Shown one piece after another: positions 1-44,800 of a stretch of DNA of 64,000 bases. Positions within the stretch are counted from its first letter, which is position 1; every line of letters starts with the position of its first letter. The DNA comes from Macrostomum lignano (lineage: Eukaryota). Location of the stretch: positions 74,045 through 138,044 of the forward strand of contig NIVC01002821.1 in NCBI GenBank assembly GCA_002269645.1, given 5' to 3'. The notes beneath the pieces were generated by a model. It did not search any database. It had not been told where the DNA came from and worked only from the letters and a program-made list of their open reading frames with translations. The translations under genes were made by a program, and so were the position numbers.

Positions 1-443
1 GTTTTCTCGTGTTTCGCTTGCTTGCCAGTCTCCAGCAGTATGTGTGAAACAGAAAACTGCTAAAACTGATTGCATCCAGTTCAACAAACCAATTCTTGTC
101 CTCCCTTTCTATGGCTATCCTTCTCAAATCTTCAAAAACAAAATCTGAAAATTATTTCTAGACTTCCTCAATTGCAACATCCGCGTTGTTTCTTTGTACT
201 GCTACAGTTGGCAACTTTGCCGGTCAGTTAAACCCATGTGTGTCCATGAGACCACGTGTAAAGCCATGCTCTAAGTGCTGGTGTCGTTTACCTGTCCGGT
301 GATCAGAGCCTCTCCTACCGGGAAAACTAAGAGGCACCTGTACACTGAGCTGGCAAGGCTTATGGGGTATTGCTGGGATGGCAAGGCTGAGGTCAAAAGC
401 TGCATGTTGTTTATTTCTTTGTTTGCTCCTAAACGGGGGCGTA

Positions 444-812
444 AGGGGGGGCCGTAGCCCAGCGGTAGCGCAGCTGCTCTGGTGTGCCGCGACCCAGGCT
501 CGATTCCAAGTGCAGCCACATTAATTTGGGGCTGAATTGGAATTTCGGCTTGGCTCGCTTGTGCAATTAACGGCCTTTAGAGCCAACCCCCCAAGGCGCA
601 GTGAAGTGTACATGCCTAACGATTAAAATAAAGTTAGGGCCGCTGTACACTACTGTGTGAGTGTGTGCCTGCGTAACGTATCCGCGCGCTTGTATGCCTG
701 CTCAGGGGAGTCGGCGGAATGGGCAGTAATGCCTCTCGCCGGTTGTGTGCCTATGTCGCTTAAAGTGCGCCAGGGTGCACACAACCCCCCTGCCTCCAAA
801 AATAATATAATA
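444..812 (+). mobile_element. tRNA-derived SINE with target-site duplication
   Basis: A-box TAGCCCAGCGG, B-box GGCTCGATTCC, A-rich tail; 13-bp direct repeat AAACGGGGGCGTA at 431-443 and 813-825. Confidence 0.8.
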
Positions 813-1317
813 AAACGGGGGCGTAGATTGCTAGTTTGACTCTGAACTTCAGATTCTTGAGGCGCTGTACACTAAAGCTCAGTCCCCCAGCCTTAACGCT
901 CAACTTTAACATAGTGGCGCTGGTCACGTTCTCCGCGTGTTCTCAGAGAGGGCACTGGCTGCACATTCTGTTACGGACTAAAATGATGCACACAAGTTAT
1001 TGATTCAACTTACACAGATATCATATTTATTCACTCCGCAACCTAATCGTTAGTTCAAATTAACCTGAAGATGCACATTGTAGTACCGAAACAAAAAATC
1101 CTTACTCACAGGCGTTTTAAAGATAAGCTATATCCTAAATCTTGAAGTTAAGTATTATAAGATTGTCATCGGTGGTTCCTGTAATGAATTAATTTCTAAT
1201 TAACTATTCAGGCTAAGCGCAGCAAAACAAAACCGAGGGATGTTTTGGTCGCAAGCGGGGATTCGCTGCACTACTAAGAGAAAGCCTGGCTGTTGCAAAG
1301 CCCATTCGAGTGCGCAC

Positions 1318-33824
<32,507 letters not shown>

Positions 33825-33969
33825 TCCAGTGGGCCAAATTTACTGGAATTGGTCGCTAAATTGTTTCAGATATTGATATTGATTATGTCTTATATGTCAC
33901 AGTAAACCCTACAAAATCCTTTTAAAGAATTTGGAGAAAAGATTTGAAATTAAAAAAGCAGCCAAGCTT

Positions 33970-33984
33970 GTAGCTACCGGATAC
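33970..33984. promoter_or_regulatory. Possible RFX X-box upstream of the dynein start
   Basis: GTAGCT-ACC-GGATAC about 145 bp upstream of the ATG; imperfect match, but RFX regulates ciliary genes. Confidence 0.25.
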
Positions 33985-35159
33985 AAAAAAGCATAAAATA
34001 ATTATTAGGTCAATTAAAATTTTAGTTCGTTGCTTTAAAAATACTTTAACAGCTGCTCAACTAATCTTAATGATAAAACTGTAAAAAAAGGTAGAAACTT
34101 TTGTTTAAACTAGCATACAAATACTCCGGTAAATCAACTAACCGGATTCAGATATCGATGGCAGCTAAGGCATTGAACTATGCATTTAAGTATATGACTA
34201 AGCTACTTCACTATTTCACTACTAAGCTACTTCACTAAGCTAGGAATGTTTCACTTGAATGAACTTTTATGACGACTCTTCATGAACTTATGATGTATTT
34301 ATTAATGTAAATGTTAACGTAACAATATCGCTTTTTGCAAGCAAGTTAATTTAATGATGCTCCAAAGCCCAGCGCTAAAAGATTGATTTCTCAGTACTCT
34401 ATGGTAGAAACCATGGGCTTTGGAGCAACCTATTTAATAATCCGAGCACTCATGTAGTCATTCCATTTTCAAGGGTGTCGCTTTGCTACAGATATAGACG
34501 CGCACACATTCAACATGGTTCAACATGGTAGAAGAAGAGAACGCTAGCGAGATGAGCTTTTGGAGTAAAATGGGGAGAGATTTTTCATCGCAGATGAAGC
34601 GCTACTACAAGCTACATGTAGAACAAGACCAACGCAGCACGTTAGGCAATGTGTATAATACATGTACATGTAGGTTTATACATGTAGGTTAGGTTTAGGC
34701 TGCTCCGCTTCATTTCGTGCCGCATCACTGGTGAAGTAATTTTATAAAAAAACTACTGATGCACATGTAGCTATAATCTCAATGATTTTCACTGATCTGC
34801 TTTCTTACTTGAGACCTAGCTGCATTCATGTTTTCCCTAATTTTCTGCCCTATCAGTTTCGATTCAGTTTGCTCGGTTGTGCTCTGTTTTCTTTCTCACT
34901 TGTGACGTTGTCAGTTTAAGGTGGTCCCGAAAAGGGCCGTTGGACTGCTGTTCTCCATAGTCATTCAACCCTTCAGTTTCACCGTTTCAACTAAACTTTT
35001 CCATTCGTTTATTGCGACGTTTACTTGTAGTAGTGCCCAACGATTTTGTGGCAATTTATAATTCATTGTATATTTTGCTATCCTCTCTCGCAACCGTATA
35101 AAATTGGCACGATCGATAATTTTAAGTTCTCTCGCCAGCCAATGAAATCACTCGTGCTC

Positions 35160-35786
35160 GCGCTACCCCCCTCTGCGCTCTTTTATTAAACCCCCCGCCT
35201 GGCGGCAGCACTCCTCACTCCCTGCTTGTCCCTGTTCTTGTGTTCTGTGTTCTCTCTCCCTAGGCTTGTCCTCCGTCCGGTCTGGCTTGCCTAGCCTTGT
35301 TCCTTGTTTCCTTCCCTGCTGCCTCTTAGCTGTCTTATCTGTTTGTCTGGCTGCCTCGAGCCTCCTTATTTCTCACCACGGCCCCTCTGTCTGGGCCAGC
35401 CTGCTCACACACTTGCTTGACTGTCTCACGCCACGACCGACGCCAAACTCGCCACTACGTTTCACTGCCTTCACTGTGCTCATAGCCACTGCTCACGTCA
35501 CGTCGCCATTGTGTCATTCGCCTGCCACTTGACTTCATATCCAAATTATATTCAACCCATTGTTGCAGCCGCCAGTGCCCAGAAAGCTATAGTCTGTTTA
35601 TTGCCAGTAACAACCAAACTTAATACTGATATTAACAATAAAGACAACTACGGCAGTTCCTGCCTTTATCGCCAAGTGCTCCGCTACAAAATCCGCTTTA
35701 CAAGAATTGACTTCAACTTATTTTGGGACTAAAACGGCCCTTTTAAGGGTCACCGCATAGCTGGCCGCTACGCCAATAACGTGACA
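35160..35786 (+). mobile_element. Possible solo or truncated LTR
   Basis: Pyrimidine-rich body, AATAAA near 35637, ends in CGTGACA. No matching 5' TG end, PBS or TSD found; the start is a guess. Confidence 0.25.
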
Positions 35787-36148
35787 CACTAGTAGACAAA
35801 AATTGTAAAAATTACGAAAAATTGGATGAAAAATTACGTAATAATTATGCAATTATTGTAATTTATTGGAAGGCAATAAATTGCAATTGTGCCAATTTCT
35901 GCTCAATAAATTGTAATTTTTACAACTCTTAAATTGCACAAAATTGTAATTTTGGTACTTTAGAAAAGCTACATTGCAATGATTTGCATAGGTGCTCGCA
36001 ACTTGTGCAGACCAGCTTTAGTGACCAGCCACCCCCCTGCCTTTGTGCATCTGTTTGGGGCGGGCTGTACTTGCCCCGCCCCCTCCGCTGGCTATTTAGC
36101 ACGCCGTTTCAGCGTTTTTTTTTTATAGCAAAAAAAATCTGCTGAATC

Positions 36149-37132
36149 ATGTCTGACTCTGAGGCCCAAATTGATCTGTCAGTGCCTAGCACTGTAAAGG
36201 CATTACGTGAGAAACTTCAGAGCCTAGGACTCTCCGTGCAAGGCAACAAAGGCGAACTTTTACAGCGATTGCGTACGTATCTAGATGGCATTGCGTCTGA
36301 CATCGAGAATGACGACGACGAAGATGTTCAACAGGTAGACTCTGATGCGGCAACAACGCGAAGAAAGCCCTGCAGCGCCACTGTGGAACAGCAGCAGCAG
36401 CTGGCGGCCAGGGTCAACCTCGAGGCAACTGGTGGATCAGCGTCTGGTGCAGCTGGCGGCCTGGACGACGAGCTGGCGGAGGCGGAGAAGCAGCTACGTC
36501 TGCTGAAACTGCGCAAGGAGGCTGCCCAGTTGCAAGCGGAAGTCAACGAGCTTCAGAAGAAGACTGAGCCCCGGAAAAAGCCCGGTGAGTTGCTGATGAA
36601 TCTGTGGTCGGACGATGAGGAGGAGGGGCAACTGGAGACCGCTAGGAAGGAGACGTGCAAGGTGTACCGGATCCCAGAGTTCATTAGCAAGCGGAAACAA
36701 CAGGACGCTGGTATCGCACAGTCACTGGACAGATCTGGTAGAGTCGTCTTCAAAGTTAAAGAAACTGCTATCGACTCGTTAACGATGGGCGACTGGATCT
36801 CTGCAAACGCACGCATTATGTTAAAACTGTTAGATGATGGCACCTTGGTTAAGAGCGGGCCAGGAGCAGTGGGTCAACCTGACGTGTCGGGCTTGCGTGA
36901 CTACCTGCGCTACACTATCCACATTGGAGAGTTGTTCGACCTCGGCTTTGACAAGGCTCGCGTGATGAGGTTTGATGATGAATGCAGGCTGAGCCACACT
37001 GGCGGGTCGTCCTGGGAATCGCGCGGATCCGACCTAGGGCTTGTCGCGACCTACCTGATGGCTCCGATGAAGGTAACTGGTGCATTTTATTCGGACAGCT
37101 GTACAACGCTGGACACTCACCGGCTGATATAG
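36149..37132 (+). CDS. SAP-domain + coiled-coil protein resembling DIRS/Ngaro (YR retrotransposon) Gag, 327 aa
   Basis: SAP motif VKALREKLQSLGLSVQGNKGELLQRLRTYL; C-terminal LTMGDWISAN...YLRYTIHIGELF...VMRFDDECR resembles YR-retrotransposon Gag. No RT or YR ORF follows. Confidence 0.6.
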   Translation: MSDSEAQIDLSVPSTVKALREKLQSLGLSVQGNKGELLQRLRTYLDGIASDIENDDDEDVQQVDSDAATTRRKPCSATVEQQQQLAARVNLEATGGSASGAAGGLDDELAEAEKQLRLLKLRKEAAQLQAEVNELQKKTEPRKKPGELLMNLWSDDEEEGQLETARKETCKVYRIPEFISKRKQQDAGIAQSLDRSGRVVFKVKETAIDSLTMGDWISANARIMLKLLDDGTLVKSGPGAVGQPDVSGLRDYLRYTIHIGELFDLGFDKARVMRFDDECRLSHTGGSSWESRGSDLGLVATYLMAPMKVTGAFYSDSCTTLDTHRLI

Positions 37133-37639
37133 CTACTGGACATACATGTAAGGACAGCACTCCGTCGAGCGGTATCTGAAGAACTCTAAGTGGGCTTATT
37201 ACAAGACGGTACAGATGTCCAAGAGCTTGGTACAATCAATGAGTGAGCGCAGCGCGATTCCAGGTGAGTCAGAGAGAATTGCGTTAAAGAGGGACGGTTC
37301 GTCATCGAGTCTGAGCAAGTCAATCTGGAGGAAGGATCAGGAGAAAAGCATGTGAAGAACGGTGGGCAATTCTATTTTTCAAACTGCTCGGTACACTTTC
37401 ATTAATTGCTTTTGTTGCCCCAGAAAAACTATTAAAGCTAATTAGTTAATTAATATCGGAGAACTTTATTCGTGTGTGTTGACTGATTATTGTTTACTGA
37501 TGGTTGATTGTTAATATGATGTTAACATGATATATAACATATAACATATAAACATATAAACGTCAATGACTTGCTATTTGTTTTTTTCAAATTTTCAACT
37601 TTTGCTATATTTGCTACACCATTTTACCTCCTATTTTGA

Positions 37640-38807
37640 ACAAAGTCTTGTTCAAAAGAAACGAGCAGAACTTCAATTCAAACGCTATAAGAAATAACAG
37701 CCCTTGCGGAAATTCAATTCAAACAAAGTCCCTTTCTATTGAAGCAGAACTTCAATTCAGACTTTCTGTGGCCAAAATTGTCCTCGAATGACACGCATGC
37801 GCAGATTTGAAATTCAAAAGAAACAAAGTCACATTCTATTTTGACAGAGATTTTTGCACATAGATAAGAGTACATTAGTACATTAATCTAATTTTTTGTT
37901 TTTCCTGTACTGCATAACTGTACAATCGTTGCGCAAAAAGAAACGATATGAATGCTGAAGATCAGATTGAAGAAGACGATGAGTTGCTGGAAGATGGAAT
38001 CGATTAATTTGAAGCAGAATTCGATGAAGATATCATGGAACAGCAGCCTCGGCAGTGCGCTATTGTTTAAGCAACAGTGACAGAGACCGCGTATCATCAG
38101 GGCTGCTGATCGTGGGGATGACTTGTGGAACTGGCGCGCCAACTTGGAGTCAAGAGGTCAACAGCGAATACAATTGTGAGGTCAGGGAGAGCGGAAAAGC
38201 AGCCTACGAGATTGCAGACATCATTCAGGTCAAGCGACTTCCACCATACAGTCCATTTTTGAGTCCTGTGGAGAACTCGATCTGTTGGAAGGACACTCTG
38301 AAGAGAAAACTGGCAGCAGACCAGCAAAATTTCATCGCTCCGATAGCTGAGCAGCACGGAAATCAGTCAATGGCGGCCTATCGGCGAGACATTCGACAAC
38401 ATGGTGGACAGAACCATTGGCTGCATCTCTGTGGACAAATGCATTGAGTGGTTCAACCATGTGTTTACATGCGTCCCTCGCTGCGTTGGTGGACAGGCAA
38501 TTGATGGTCAGGTGTCTCAAGTTGGCCAACTGACACTGTCTTGTTCCTGTTTTTCATTTTACTCTTATGTTCGTCGATATGCTGTGTTTTATCCCTTTGT
38601 CGAAATAGAATGCGACTTTGTTTCTTTTGAATTTCAAATCTGCGCATGCGCGTCACTCGGGGACAATTTTGGCCACAGACAGTCTGAATTGAAGTTTTTC
38701 TGCTTCAATAGAAAGGGACTTTGTTTGATTTGAATTTCTGCAAGGGCTGTTATTTCTTAAAGTGTTTGAATTGAAGTTCTGCTTGTTTCTTTTGAAAAAG
38801 ACTTTGT
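37640..38807 (+). mobile_element. Internally deleted Tc1/mariner (IS630-like) element with ~210-bp inverted repeats
   Basis: About 37640-37850 is inverted at about 38595-38807; internal transposase remnant VKRLPPYSPFLSPVE in ORF 38055-38447. Confidence 0.8.
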
Positions 38808-39715
38808 GTCTAGTTTCGTTTGGGCCACAAACGATTGCGTCGACGGAAATTGTGAACTAAGTAAATTTTTGCGCGCCTTTCAGGCATCGAAACAGGAATA
38901 CAACAGATTGCTTATCTGCGAATAGTCTATGGTCAAGCCGCCCCCCATCTTTGGATATTCCCAACGGGTTATATTTGGATATACCCATTTGCAGAAAAGC
39001 AATATGTATATTCCTGTATCAATGCGTTTGTGAGGATATTTTTTATTCAATACAACAAAGCTGAATAAACAGATTGTATACATGTACGAAAACGGCCGTA
39101 ACGTGGGCATAATGAAACGTGGACCAATTGTTCCGCAATAATCGATGAGTAGAGCTAGAATAGACAATAATTACACTCACATCGGCCGAATTGCATGGTT
39201 TGTTCCGAATGGGATCCTCGGGGCAAGCCTCTTCTTCGCTTGGCAGTGGTGGCAGAGCATCATCGTTACCGCATTCAATGAATCGGATGAACTCCATCAA
39301 CTCTTCGTCATCCGCCTCGTCACGTCCACCCACACTCAAGTCGCTGAGAAAGTTGACCTCATTTCCATTCAAGCCGTCAATGCTTTCAATCGGCAAATTC
39401 GACCAATTTATCATTCGTATGAGTGGCATGAATATAGGTTAGGGCAAACAGAAGAAACAGGAACATGTATCCTCTGCTGCAGAGTTCCTCAGCTTATAAG
39501 ACCACAACTTCATTTAACATGTTTCGTCTATGGTAATTTCAGACTGTTCCGCTTAACTTTTCGTTCCAGACGATTAGTCTATGGCCATCATTTGGCTTGC
39601 GCCAAGTGGAAAATGCCTATGACACAGATCCCTAGAATCGCTCAGTGAACAATTCCCGTCTGAGAAGTTGTGTCCTAGCCGTTTTGAATTGGTTTTTGGA
39701 CGAAACTAGACACAA
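38804..39715. mobile_element. Non-autonomous element with 16-bp terminal inverted repeats
   Basis: TTGTGTCTAGTTTCGT at 38804-38819 and ACGAAACTAGACACAA at 39700-39715; contains an acidic ORF remnant (39043-39429, -) between GTCTATGG copies. Confidence 0.55.
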
Positions 39716-39931
39716 TTCCACTATCGAGAGTTCACGCTTCACACACAACTGCCTTACCGCGTCTCGGCCTACCGGCCTCGACGCCATGGCAGTTGTGTGT
39801 GAATCGTGACCTCTTGATAATCATACATTGTTCAAAATAGGAGGTAAAATGGTGTATATTACTTCTTTGTAATCGTACGTAAAGACTTTTCCGTGCAATG
39901 ATGCTATTGCTGCACGGCATTGATGCACGGG

Positions 39932-41088
39932 CCATAGACAAACAATGTCCCTTGTTCCACATCGCTGATGATCTAACCGAGACCATTAGGCCAAAGTCAA
40001 TTTTAACTTCACAGATTTGAGCGCCATTTCAGCGCAGAGGGCAAGGAAGCTATAAGTTTACTGTAGTACCGGAGGGCACAGAAGCTGGGGCGCGATATAT
40101 TTTCCCCAGTCAGTATAGTATCACACGTGATAATGATTCGTTCTATGGAAAAGAAAGTCCGAGGATGCGTTTTTATCAGGCCGAGGCGAAGCCGAAAATA
40201 GCGTCCGAGGGCTTTCAACCAAAGATCAGAACGATCTTTTTATCGCGTGTGATAAAATTTAACCCCCAGTAAACTGATACATTTTTCATTGGGGGTTTTT
40301 AACCACAGACAAAATGTCAGCGATAAGAGACCTATCCAACTAATTGGTATAAGCAGCAGATAGTCTTAGACCAGATTGGAGTAGTTACTAGCAGAGTAAA
40401 CATGGAAATTTTTGAAGATATCTCAAATTTTGGCTGTCTTGACGATTTTTTCAACGAAAATACATCGTCTAGCGTCGTATATTCACAGTCTAACACCATT
40501 TCTGCGTCCACATCAAGTGCATCAAGTGGTCGCTTTGCCAATTTGTCTTCTGATGATATTGAGTAGAAGATTCAATCCGCCATTCCTGATGGCACTAGGC
40601 GCAAGGAACAATGGGCTCTAGCTGTGTTCAACGAATGGAGAACTGTTCGTCGGGACAGCATAGGTGAGATTGTCGACCTGTTGGTGATTCGTGAATTGGA
40701 GGAATGGTCACCCGGTGATTGGGATTTTTCGATGAAAAGGTTCTTCCTTGAAGTGCGTAAGAAGGATGGATGTAAGTACAATGCGAGCACTCTGAAGGAT
40801 ATTTTCGCTATGCTTCAGCACCATGTCACTTTTGTTCTTAAAAAGAGTACTCGTTCTGGAAGGACCGCCGCTGCGAGGATGTCGCTCATGCTTTAAATTT
40901 ATCACTTTTCGTCATTGTTATTCTTTAAAAGTTACTTTAAAATGATAGAGATTGTTATTCATGATGGTTTCGTTTCAAATATACATTTCGTTTCTCAGTC
41001 CCGAAAGCCGGTCCTGAGAAATCGTTTCTCAGGCCTGGTTTATAGTATAGGCCTGAGAACAAAGTTCACTTGAATCTTGACCATAGAC
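39932..41088 (+). mobile_element. Crypton-like (tyrosine recombinase) transposon relic
   Basis: RFANLSSDDIE*KIQSAIPDGTRRKEQWALAVFNEW and RFFLEVRKKDGCKYNASTLKDIFAMLQHH (about 40530-40850) match the Crypton/KCTD1-ZMYM-type N-terminal region. CCATAGAC direct repeats lie at both ends; the catalytic domain is missing. Confidence 0.7.
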
Positions 41089-41453
41089 TAGGACTTCCAC
41101 GTGAAAAGAAGAGCCTGATTAAAGGTCCGACGAACCCAAAACTGGGGGTTAAATCAGGTTTCATGGCCTTTGTCCTTATAGACTCTGCCCCTATTGGCAA
41201 TAAAATGTAATGAAAAATGATCGAATCGCATGATTTCAGCTAAATCTAAAATGCTTACATTTTGGCTTTGGTTAAATATTTTCACAATTATTTCCGCTGT
41301 ATCAAATTTGTAGCTTTAAAATTCTGCACTGCTTGCTGATAAATGGCTGAAGCTGAAATTGACATTGAAAAGTAGCTTCTTTGCTTCCGAACATTGAAAA
41401 TAATTAATCGGTACATGTAAATTTAGCCCGGGGTTGAGATCCTCTTGATCAGC

Positions 41454-41867
41454 ATGGCAGTCCTTCAGCGACCCGTCTTGACTTTGTTCCTGGCGGCCAC
41501 CGGCCTCGCGATTATGTTCTGCCAGCTGCCTCAGGTCGTGGCTTTTTGGAAGACCCGCTACTGCTACAACACGGAGAACAGCCGACTTGAGGACGGCTCT
41601 CTGCTATACAAGCTGGTGAACTGCAGCAGAGAATACCGGAATTGCTTCTCATTGAAGCTCTTGAGCGAGGGAGTGCCAGCAGCCCAAAAACAGGGCCTGA
41701 CGCAGGTACGTGCCGGTGACGTCATCAGGGGCTGCGCCACGGCCTTTGCTGGCGACGACCTGGCCGAGCTACACAGGCACGGCTTGGACCCGAGCAGCTT
41801 CCGCCTCTGCGATTCGGACCTGTGCAACTCCCGAGGTGCTGATGTCTGGGTGGTTGAGCGACCATGA
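41454..41867 (+). CDS. Small secreted Ly6/uPAR (three-finger)-like protein
   Basis: Single exon; hydrophobic signal peptide; YCYN...NC...NCF...RGC...LCDSDLCN Cys pattern; no hydrophobic GPI tail. The ORF track starts at TTG 41445; the first ATG is 41454. Confidence 0.7.
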   Translation: MAVLQRPVLTLFLAATGLAIMFCQLPQVVAFWKTRYCYNTENSRLEDGSLLYKLVNCSREYRNCFSLKLLSEGVPAAQKQGLTQVRAGDVIRGCATAFAGDDLAELHRHGLDPSSFRLCDSDLCNSRGADVWVVERP

Positions 41868-44800
41868 CTCTGGAATGAGCATCTGCAGCTCTTCAGCTTT
41901 ATACTGTTACAAATTAAAACAAAACATAAAATTGAACAAAAATTAAAATACGTAAAAGTATACATGCATCCTTCACCTCCGATCAACTGTCTACAAGAGT
42001 TATAAATAGTTTCTGAAAATATGTCAGATAATTTTAATCTGATTTTGGTTAGCGTTCACTATATTTTGTTTCGGCGTTGGTACAAGACAATTGGCAGTTG
42101 TCCTGGCCAAGTGTTTTGAGTCGTAAATAATTGAGTTGAATTTCAGATTCGAACAACATATAGAGTTGTTTAAAATTAAGAAAACAATTAGCTAACACGC
42201 AACTCAAGAAACAGGAGTGCTTCTGACAAGATTTATCAGAAAATCATTAACACTTCAACTAAACACCAATGCTAGTTTACGAGTACAGTGTAATAACTTT
42301 GGAAGGCAAAGGCTGGCTTGTAGCGCAAAAAAGTTTGCTCTGCTGAACTGAAAATTGCAGACAGATACCGGTAAAGAAGTGCCTTTCCCAAGCAGAGTGG
42401 GAGGCACATTTATGGCCGTATATTTTGGGGTGGGTACACCCCGAGCTTCATAGAGGGAAGGCAGTGGAACGCACATAGACAGTGGAGAGACACAGACAAT
42501 GGGGTGAGTCACACGCAGGCAGCCAGACAGACAGAGAGAGATGAGGAGCCAAACAGACACGCAGTGATTCAGACAAGGAGGGAAGGGTGCATACGGAAAA
42601 CAGGAAGAGTTCATAATGTCTGTTAATGTCCGTGGCACAAACGCCACAACGAGTAGCACTCATCTTCTTGCTACTAAGTTCCTCAATGCTTCTGATTGCG
42701 AGCCATCAGAGTCATTTTTAAATATCAATTTCTTAGTCACCAAGTCAGTTAAGCTAAATTTTCCACAATGTTGTTGCGTGACCAATTTAATTCAAAGTTT
42801 ATCTGATCAGTCTGGAGCAGCTAGGCGTGAGGCCGATCACCTAAAATTGACGGCTGAAAATTTTGGAAAAAATTGGTTAGGGTTCTCTGATCGGATGAGA
42901 GCCGATCCATGCATGACAACCACAGATATGGAAAGTTCAAAGTTCACGTTCGACCTGCAAACGCGGCCGGAGTTACCCTGAAAAAGTTGTTGCAATGTAA
43001 CATGCATGTGAGAGCAGCCCGGTGCAGCGATAAAGTAGTGCTGCGATGGAACTCACTTTTTGCTCGAGCGAGTCCTTCAGCGTCTATGATCTCGGCGTTG
43101 TCAATCAGGACAGCATCCGCGACCACCGCCTAGCTGGAACATGCAACGTTCTGGCGGTCAGGTTAGAGCCTCTCGGATTGCAGGACCGCACTATAGCAGA
43201 ACGAAAGACAGGGCCCTATTATAGTAGTCAAAGCCGCATATCCTAGCTAGCGGACGTCGGGAACCCCTATAATTATATTACGACGAGTGTGGGGCTGGTA
43301 AATATACGCGCAGAAGACCGGCCGTCGTACTCTGTGTACATGTACATGTACGGGAAGACATCGAGACGGCATTTTTATGCCTAGTAGGCATTGTCGCGGA
43401 CGGACAGAAGACACAGAACTCGATCCCAGTATCTTATACATGTAGCAGCTTGTCATAGCAATCAAGCCTAGTTAGTTCGCCCTCAACAATTTACATGTAG
43501 TTACAGCAGGGCCAGATCTTCGGCTTACGCGTCAAAGATCCGCCTCTCCGGTTGGCATCGACCCGCGCGTCGTCGACCGATCGGGTCGTTATAGGCGCAG
43601 AGCAGTCCACACAGCCTAAAATAAAAAGCACTGAGTAGCTGAACAAGCAGAAACGGCGCTATAAGAGTACCTCCCGGGAGCATCCCAGAGGATATTTTGA
43701 AGTCCGATATTTTTTCCGGTGTTGACAGCAGCTTTCGTGACACAGTACTGTTGAGTAGAGATTGAGACCATGCCAGTTTGTATACATGTGTACTTTTTAG
43801 AACTTAACGATCAGCAAGGTCTCCAGTATACTTGTACTTATGTACAGTATGTTTGAGGGGCTGTACCGTCACGAAATACAGTATAGACATAACAGAACTT
43901 ACAGATCGTACTTCCGTTATATAAATCATTCCTCTGGGATTGATAAATTAAAATGAATGTACATTTACAGAACCATACAATGGATATTGTGGTATATTCA
44001 AACTGAAAAACTTCTATGGGAAAAGTTTTCAATATAATTTCTGACGGACGTGGCCATGAGGATTTCACTAGAAATCAGCAATGCGTGGATGCAGCGATGA
44101 AGAAGATGGCGCAAGCAATTTAGTATTACAAGAGTCTACGGTGAGCGCAGCATCAGCCAGCAGGAGAAAGAAGAAACTGTGGAGCTGATCAGCAAAGAGA
44201 TTTGCAGCAAGTGTACAGACAGGATGCAATATCGAAAAGGCTGATCGCCGTACATTGTCATCTCCTTTACCAAGAAACAATTGTGTCCAAATTCCGTATG
44301 GATGGCACCAAAAATGTATTATGCTTCAAAACAAGTTAGTATTTAACCCAGCAAACATTCAAGAGAATTTCATGTGCAATTTTTTTAATAAATGGCTTAA
44401 AGTTATCATGAATATTCCAAAATGGAAAGGCATCTTGAGTTTTTAATTTTAAGATAGTTTTGTTATATACCTTAAATAACGTTACGGCTTTTTGACGGCA
44501 ACAAGAAAGCGTCAAAAAGAAAATCAGATAAAAGAATTTTAAAGAAATACGTTCCAGACATTAGAACTTTGTCGCTTTTGGATCTGCCATGCAATGGGTA
44601 TCAAAATAATTCACTCACGTATATGAAAACAATTAAAAAGGCTGTATCAGCTACGAAAATGTGGTAAATTCCTCACTAGCTAATTACATTTTAGTAGTTT
44701 TGGCTCAGACTTAGACAGACAGAGCTAGGTGAAGATCTAGGGCATTCACATAAATCTTCAAACGAAATCAGACTGCCTCCCAGAACATGTTAAAAACATT

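Larger units (their letters stand above)
37615..39856. mobile_element. TA-flanked MITE (26-bp TIR plus TA) split by nested insertions
   Basis: TACACCATTTTACCTCCTATTTTGAACA at 37615-37642 is the exact reverse complement of 39829-39856. Confidence 0.75.

Noticed and set aside
445-519. tRNA gene
   Set aside because: A and B boxes are present but the acceptor stem does not pair; the body, A-tail and TSD identify a SINE.
42250-44300. Short ORFs and possible SINE or transposon fragments
   Set aside because: No recognisable motifs, termini or TSDs.
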